Shown in pieces: positions 57,501 through 64,000 of a stretch of DNA of 64,000 nucleotides (position 1 is its first letter; each line of letters opens with the position of its first letter). Made by a program: the position numbers and the translations under genes. Origin of the DNA: Eledone cirrhosa (Eukaryota); the NCBI GenBank assembly GCA_964016885.1, contig OZ024743.1, forward strand, positions 139,810,001 to 139,874,000, given 5' to 3'. Under the pieces are notes generated by a model. It made no database searches. It was not told the origin of the DNA and was given only the letters and a program-made list of their open reading frames with translations.

Positions 57501-60500
57501 ACCAAACACCAAACACCAAGCACCAAACACCAAGCACCAACCACCAAACACCAAACCCCAAGCACCAACACCAAGCACCAAACACCAAACACCAAGCACC
57601 AAACACCAAACACCAAGCACCAAGCACCAAACACCAAACAACAAGCACCAGGCACCAAGCACCAAACACCAAACACCAAGCAAACAGCATCAAAGACCAA
57701 GCACCAAGCACCAAACACCAAACACCAAGCACTAAACACCAGCCCCCAAGCACCAATCACCAAACACCAAACACCAAGCACTAAGCACCAAACACCAAAC
57801 AACAAGCAGCAGGCACAAAGCACCAAGCACCAAGCACCAAACACCAAGCACCAAGCAGCAAGCACCAAACACCAAGCACCAAGCACCAAGCACCAAGCAC
57901 CAAGCACCAAACAGCAAGCACCAAGCACCAAACACCAAGCACCAAACACCAAGCACCAAACACCAAGCACCAAACACCAAGCACCAAGCACCAAGCCCCT
58001 AGCACCAAACACAAAACACCAAGCAAAAAGCACAAAACACCAAGCACCAATCACCAAACACCAAACACCAAGCAGCAAGCAGCAAGCACCAAACACCAAA
58101 CACCAAGCACCAAGCACCAAATACCAAACACCAAGCACCAAGGACCAAACATCAAACACCAAGCACCAAGCACCAAACACCAAGCACCAAGCACCAAGCC
58201 CCTAGCACCAAACACAAAACACCAAGCAAAAAGCACAAAACACCAAGCACCAATCACCAAACACCAAACACCAAGCAGCAAGCAGCAAGCACCAAACACC
58301 AAACACCAAGCACCAAGCACCAAATACCAAACACCAAGCACCAAGGACCAAACATCAAACACCAAGCACCAAGCACCAAACGCCTAACACCAAGCACCAA
58401 GTACCAAGCACCAAGCACCAAACACCAAGCACCAATCACCAAACACCAAGCACCAAGCACCAAACACCAAGCACCAGGCACCAAGCACCAAAAACCAAGC
58501 ACCAAGCACCAAACACCAAGCACCAAACACAAAGCACCAAGCACCAAACACCAAACCCCAAGCACCAAACACCAAACCTCAAGCACCAAGCACCAAACAC
58601 TAATCACCAAGCACCAAGCACCAAACAACAAGCACAAAGCACCAAGCACCAGGCACCAAGCACCAAGCACCAAACACTAATCACCAAGCACCAAGCACCA
58701 AGCACCACACAATAAGCACCAAGCACCAAACACCAAGCACCAAGCACCAAACACCAACCACCCAGGACCAAGCACCAAACACCAAGCACCAAACACCAAA
58801 CACCAAACACCAACCACCAAGCACTAAGCACCAAACACCAAGCACCAAGCACTAAGCACCAAACACCAAGCCCCAAGCACCAAGCACCAAATACCAAACA
58901 CCAAGTACCAAACACCAAACACCAAGCACCAAGCACCAAGCACCTAGCACCAAACACCAAACACAAAGCACCAAGCACCAAACACCAAGCACCAATCACC
59001 AAGCACCAAACACCAAGCAGCAAGCAGCAAGCACCAAACACCAAACACCAAGAACCAAGCACCAAGCACCAAGCACCGAACACCAAGCACATTACACAAA
59101 GCACCAAACACCAAGCACCAAGTACCAAACACCAAGCACCAAACACCAAGCACCAAGAACCAAGCACCAAACACAAATCACCAAGCACCAAGCACCAAGC
59201 AGCAAACACCAAGCATCAAACACCAAACACCAAACACCAAGCACCAAACACCAAGCACCAAGCACCAAACACGAAACACCAAGCACCAAGCACCAAGCAC
59301 CAAACACCAAACACCAAGCACCAAACACCAGATACCAAGCACCAAGCATCAAACACCAAACACCAAGCACCAAGCACCAAACACCAAACAACAAGCACCA
59401 GGCACCAAGCACCAAACACCAAACACCAAACACCAAGCACCAAGCACCAAACACCAAACACCAAGCACGCAGCATCAAACACCAAGCACCAAGCACCAAG
59501 CACCAAACACCAAGCACCAAGCACTAAACACCAATCACCAAACACAAAGCACCAAGCACCAAACACCAAGCACCAAGCACCAAACACCAAGCACCAAGCA
59601 CCAAACACCAAACCACAAGCACCAAACACCAAACACCAAACCCCAAGCACCAAGCACCAAACACTAATCACCAAGCACCAAGCACCAAACAACAAGCACC
59701 AAGCACCAAGCACCAGGCACCAAGCACCAAGCACCAAACACTAATCACCAAGCACCAAGCACCAAGCACCAAACACCAAGCACCAAGCACCAAGCACCAA
59801 ACACCAAGCACCAAGCACCAAACACCAAACACCAAGATCCAAAGACCGAGCACCAAGCACCAAGCACCAAGCACCAAACAATAAGCACCAAGCACCAAAC
59901 ACCAAGCACCAAGCACCAAACACCAACCACCCAGCACTAAGCACCAAGCACCAAACACCAAACACCAAGCACCAAGCACCAAGCACGAAGCACCAAACAC
60001 CAAGCACCAAGCACTAAGCACCAAACACCAAGCCCCAAGCACCAAGCACCAAACACCAAACACCAAGCACCAAGCACCAAACACCAAGCACCAAGCACCA
60101 AGCACCTAGCACCAAACACCAAGCAGCAAGCAGCAAGCACCAAAGACCAAACACCAAGCACCAAGCACCAAACACCAAGCACCAAGGACCAAACATCAAA
60201 CACCAAGCACCAAGCACCAAAAACCTAACACCAAGCACCAAGAACCAAGCACCAAGCACCGAACACCAAGCACCAAACACCAAGCACCAAACACCAAGCA
60301 CCAAGCACCAAACACCAAGCACCAAACAACAAGCACCAAGCACCAAGCACCAAACACCAAGCACCAGGCACCAAGCACCAAACACCAAGCACCATGCACC
60401 AAGCACCAAGCCCCAAACACTTAACACCAAGCACCAAGCACGAAACACCAAGCACCAAAAACCAAACACCAAGCACCAACTACTAAACACCAAGCACCAA

Positions 60501-63500
60501 GCACCAAACACCAAGCACCAAGCACCAATCACCAAACACCAAGAACCAAGCACCAAACACCAAGCACCAAGGACCAAGCAACAGGCACCAAGCAGCAAGC
60601 ACCAAACACAAAACACCAAGCACCAAGCACCAAGCAGCAAACACCAAACATCAAACACCAAACACCAAACACCAAGCACCAAACACCAAGCACCAACCAC
60701 CAAACACCAAATCCCAAGCACCAAGCACCAAGCACCAAACACCAAACACCAAGCACCAAACACCAAACACCAAGCACCAAGCACCAAACACCAAACAACA
60801 AGCACCAGGCACCAAGCACCAAACACCAAACACCAAGCAAACAGCATCAAAGACCAAGCACCAAGCACCAAACACCAAACACCAAGCACCAAACACCAGC
60901 CCCCAAGCACCAATCACCAAACACCAAACACCAAGCACTAAGCACCAAACACCAAACAACAAGCAGCAGGCACCAAGCACCAAGCACCAAGCACCAAACA
61001 CCAAGCACCAAGCAGCAAGCACCAAACACCAAGCACCAAGCACCAAGCACCAAGCACCAAGCACCAAACACCAAGCACCAAGCACCAAACAGCAAGCACC
61101 AAACACCAAGCACCAAACACCAAGCACCAAACACCAAACACATAGCACCAAGCACCAAACACCAAACACCAAGCACCAAGCACCAAACACCAAGCACCAA
61201 GCACCAAGCCCCTAGCACCAAACACCAAACACCAAGCAAAAAGCACAAAACACCAAGCACCAATCACCAAACACCAAACACCAAGCAGCAAGCAGCAAGC
61301 ACCAAACACCAAACACCAACCACCAAGCACCAAATACCAAACACCAAGCACCAAGGACCAAACATCAAACACCAAGCACCAAGCACCAAACGCCTAACAC
61401 CAAGCACCAAGCACCAAGCACCAAGCACCAAACACCAAACCACAAGCACCAAACACCAAACACCAAACCCCAAGCACCAAGCACCAAACACTAATCACCA
61501 AGCAGCAAGCACCAAACAACAAGCACCAAGCACCAAGCACCAGGCACCAAGCACCAAGCACCAAACACTAATCACCAAGCACCAAGCACCAAGCACCAAA
61601 CACCAAGCACCAAGCACCAAGCACCAAACACCAAGCACCAAGCACCAAACACCAAACACCAAGATCCAAAGACCGAGCACCAAGCTCCAAGCACCAAGCA
61701 CCAAACAATAAGCACCAAGCACCAAACACCAAGCACCAAGCACCAAACACCAACCACCCAGCACCCAGCACCAAGCACCAAACACCAAGCACCAAACACC
61801 AAACACCAAGCACCAAGCACCAAGCACGAAGCACCAAACACCAAGCACCAAGCACTAAGCACCAAACACCAAGCCCCAAGCAGCAAGCACCAAACACCAA
61901 ACACCAAGCACCAAGCACCAAACACCAAGCACCAAGCACCAAGCACCTAGCACCAAACACCAAGCAGCAAGCAGCAAGCACCAAAGACCAAACACCAAGC
62001 ACCAAGCACCAAACACCAAGCACCAAGGACCAAACATCAAACACCAAGCACCAAGCACCAAACACCTAACACCAAGCACCAAGCACCAAGCACCAAGCAC
62101 CGAACACCAAGCACCAAACACCAAGCACCAAACACCAAGCACCAAGCACCAAACACCAAGCACCAAACAACAAGCACCAAGCACCAAGCACCAAACACCA
62201 AGCACCAGGCACCAAGCACCAAACACCAAGCACCATGCACCAAGCACCAAGCCCCAAACACTTAACACCAAGCACCAAGCACGAAACACCAAGCACCAAA
62301 AACCAAACACCATGCACCAACTACTAAACACCAAGCACCAAGCACCAAACACCAAGCACCAAGCACCAATCACCAAACACCAAGAACCAAGCACCAAATA
62401 CCAAGCACCAAGGACCAAGCAACAGGCACCAAGCACCAAGCACCAAACACAAAACACCAAGCACCAAGCACCAAGCATCAAACACCAAGCATCAAACACC
62501 AAACACCAAACACCAAGCACCAAACACCAAGCACCAACCACCAAACACCAAACCCCAAGCACCAACACCAAGCACCAAACACCAAACACCAAGCACCAAA
62601 CACCAAACACCAAGCACCAAGCACCAAACACCAAACAACAAGCACCAGGCACCAAGCACCAAACACCAAACACCAAGCAAACAGCATCAAAGACCAAGCA
62701 CCAAGCACCAAACACCAAACACCAAGCACCAAACACCAGCCGCCAAGCACCAATCACCAAACACCAAACACCAAGCACTAAGCACCAAACACGAAACAAC
62801 AAGCAGCAGGCACAAAGCACCAAGCACCAAGCACCAAACACCAAGCACCAAGCAGCAAGCACCAAACACCAAGCACCAAGCACCAAGCACCAAGCACCAA
62901 GCACCAAACAGCAAGCACCAAGCACCAAACACCAAGCACCAAGCACCAAGCCCCTAGCACCAAACACAAAACACCAAGCAAAAAGCACAAAACACCAAGC
63001 ACCAATCACCAAACACCAAACACCAAGCAGCAAGCAGCAAGCACCAAACACCAAACACCAAGCACCAAGCACCAAATACCAAACACCAAGCACCAAGGAC
63101 CAAACATCAAACACCAAGCACCAAGCACCAAACGCCTAACACCAAGCACCAAGTACGAAGCACCAAGCACCAAACACCAAGCACCAATCACCAAACACCA
63201 AGCACCAAGCACCAAACACCAAGCACCAGGCACCAAGCACCAAAAACCAAGCACCAAGCACCAAACACCAAGCACCAAACACAAAGCACCAAGCACCAAA
63301 CACCAAACCCCAAGCACCAAACGCCAAACCTCAAGCACCAAGCACCAAACACTAATCACCAAGCACCAAGCACCAAACAACAAGCACAAAGCACCAAGCA
63401 CCAGGCACCAAGCACCAAGCACCAAACACTAATCACCAAGCACCAAGCACCAAGCACCACACAATAAGCACCAAGCACCAAACACCAAGCACCAAGCACC

Positions 63501-64000
63501 AAACACCAACCACCCAGCACCAAGCACCAAACACCAAGCACCAAACACCAAACACCAAACACCAACCACCAAGCACTAAGCACCAAACACCAAGCACCAA
63601 GCACTAAGCACCAAACACCAAGCCCCAAGCACCAAGCACCAAATACCAAACACCAAGTACCAAGCACCAAACACCAAGCACCAAGCACCAAGCACCTAGC
63701 ACCAAACACCAAACACCAAGCACCAAGCACCAAACACCAAGCACCAATCACCAAGCACCAAACACCAAGCAGCAAGCAGCAAGCACCAAACACCAAACAC
63801 CAAGAACCAAGCACCAAGCACCAAGCACCGAACACCAAGCACATTACACAAAGCACCAAACACCAAGCACCAAGTACCAAACACCAAGCACCAAACACCA
63901 AGCACCAAGAACCAAGCAGCAAACACCAAGCACCAGGCACCAAGCACCAAACACCAAGCACCATGCACCAAGCACCAAGCCCCAAACACTTAAAACCAAG
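51545..64000. repeat. Terminal cluster of overlapping block copies with offsets 2463, 4752, 4997 and 7628 bp
   Basis: ORF pairs 54577/57040 and 55018/57481 (2463); 56498/61495 and 57481/62478 (4997); 52386..53285/60014..60913 and 53023/60651 (7628); 58384/63136 (4752). A shared 6-nt CACCAA monomer lies at 55100, 57563 and 62560. Confidence 0.88.

Larger units (their letters stand above)
1..64000. repeat. Heptamer satellite DNA array (CACCAAR)n / (YTTGGTG)n, about 9,100 monomers, extending beyond both window ends
   Basis: Every line parses into 7-mers CACCAAG or CACCAAA with scattered single-base variants (CAGCAAG, CACCAAT, CATCAAA, CACCAGG, CACTAAG and others). No unique spacer DNA and no inversion seen; the + strand is strongly A/C-rich and T-poor throughout. 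Confidence 0.99.
22730..64000. repeat. Right HOR domain (subfamily 2), a mosaic of recurring modules
   Basis: Landmarks GATCCAAAGACCGAG (27050, 28044, 28121, 30451, 31319, 36876, 45336, 48185, 52194, 54028, 56666, 59836, 61663), AACTACTAAAC, CAACAGG, CACATAG and CACATTA-CACAAAG (35149, 39082, 43302, 59088, 63840) were not seen left of 19 kb. Confidence 0.88.

Noticed and set aside
54374-58183. Minus-strand ORFs of up to about 450 aa of WCLVLGA repeats that look like membrane proteins
   Set aside because: They overlap in all three frames with the same peptide, mostly start at GTG/TTG supplied by the repeat, and have an implausible Trp/Cys composition. They are translation artefacts.
1-64000. 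CRISPR array or other repeat-spacer system
   Set aside because: There are no unique spacers: the sequence between landmarks is the same heptamer and is itself duplicated. No cas or other genes are present.
1-64000. Active telomerase-synthesised telomere tract
   Set aside because: Kilobase blocks with faithfully inherited rare variants indicate copying by recombination or replication, not de novo addition from a short template, and no canonical TTTAGGG or TTAGGG run was seen. A telomere-derived origin is kept only as a hypothesis.
1-64000. Identity with Drosophila virilis heptamer satellites (ACAAACT, ATAAACT, ACAAATT)
   Set aside because: The unit length is the same but the consensus differs (CACCAAR). 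ACAAATT appears only as an incidental junction at six landmark sites.
1-64000. Canonical G-quadruplex or i-motif array
   Set aside because: The G-rich strand has only GG doublets per unit, and GGGG only in isolated CCCC variants. At most weak two-tier structures are possible, and nothing in the sequence supports them.
1-64000. Synthetic or purely artefactual low-complexity sequence
   Set aside because: Hierarchically shared private variants and inherited junctions fit natural satellite evolution. The copy number of individual near-identical blocks still needs read-level confirmation.

Overview
The whole 64 kb window is one uninterrupted heptamer satellite array, about 9,100 copies of CACCAAR (CACCAAG and CACCAAA interspersed; minus strand YTTGGTG), running off both ends in a single orientation. 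I see no genes, RNA genes, CRISPR array or mobile elements. All listed ORFs are artefacts of a 7-bp period, which translates to a 21-bp TKHQ(A/T)P(S/N) or WCLV(L/F)G(A/V) repeat in every frame. The information is in the variants: rare substituted monomers act as landmarks and reveal nested higher-order repeats (HORs). These include 77-, 203-, 447-, 840-, 860-, 994- and 1568-bp local duplications, 2.2-4.2 kb tandem blocks and 5-7.6 kb super-blocks. Two subfamily domains (about 1-19 kb and about 22-64 kb) are separated by a more diverged transition zone, and an older pair of related modules (A and B) is shared by both. Offsets come from landmark positions and the supplied ORF track; block boundaries are approximate. 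The organism and the function (centromeric, subtelomeric or heterochromatic) cannot be determined from this window, and I found no support for a new gene-based system.
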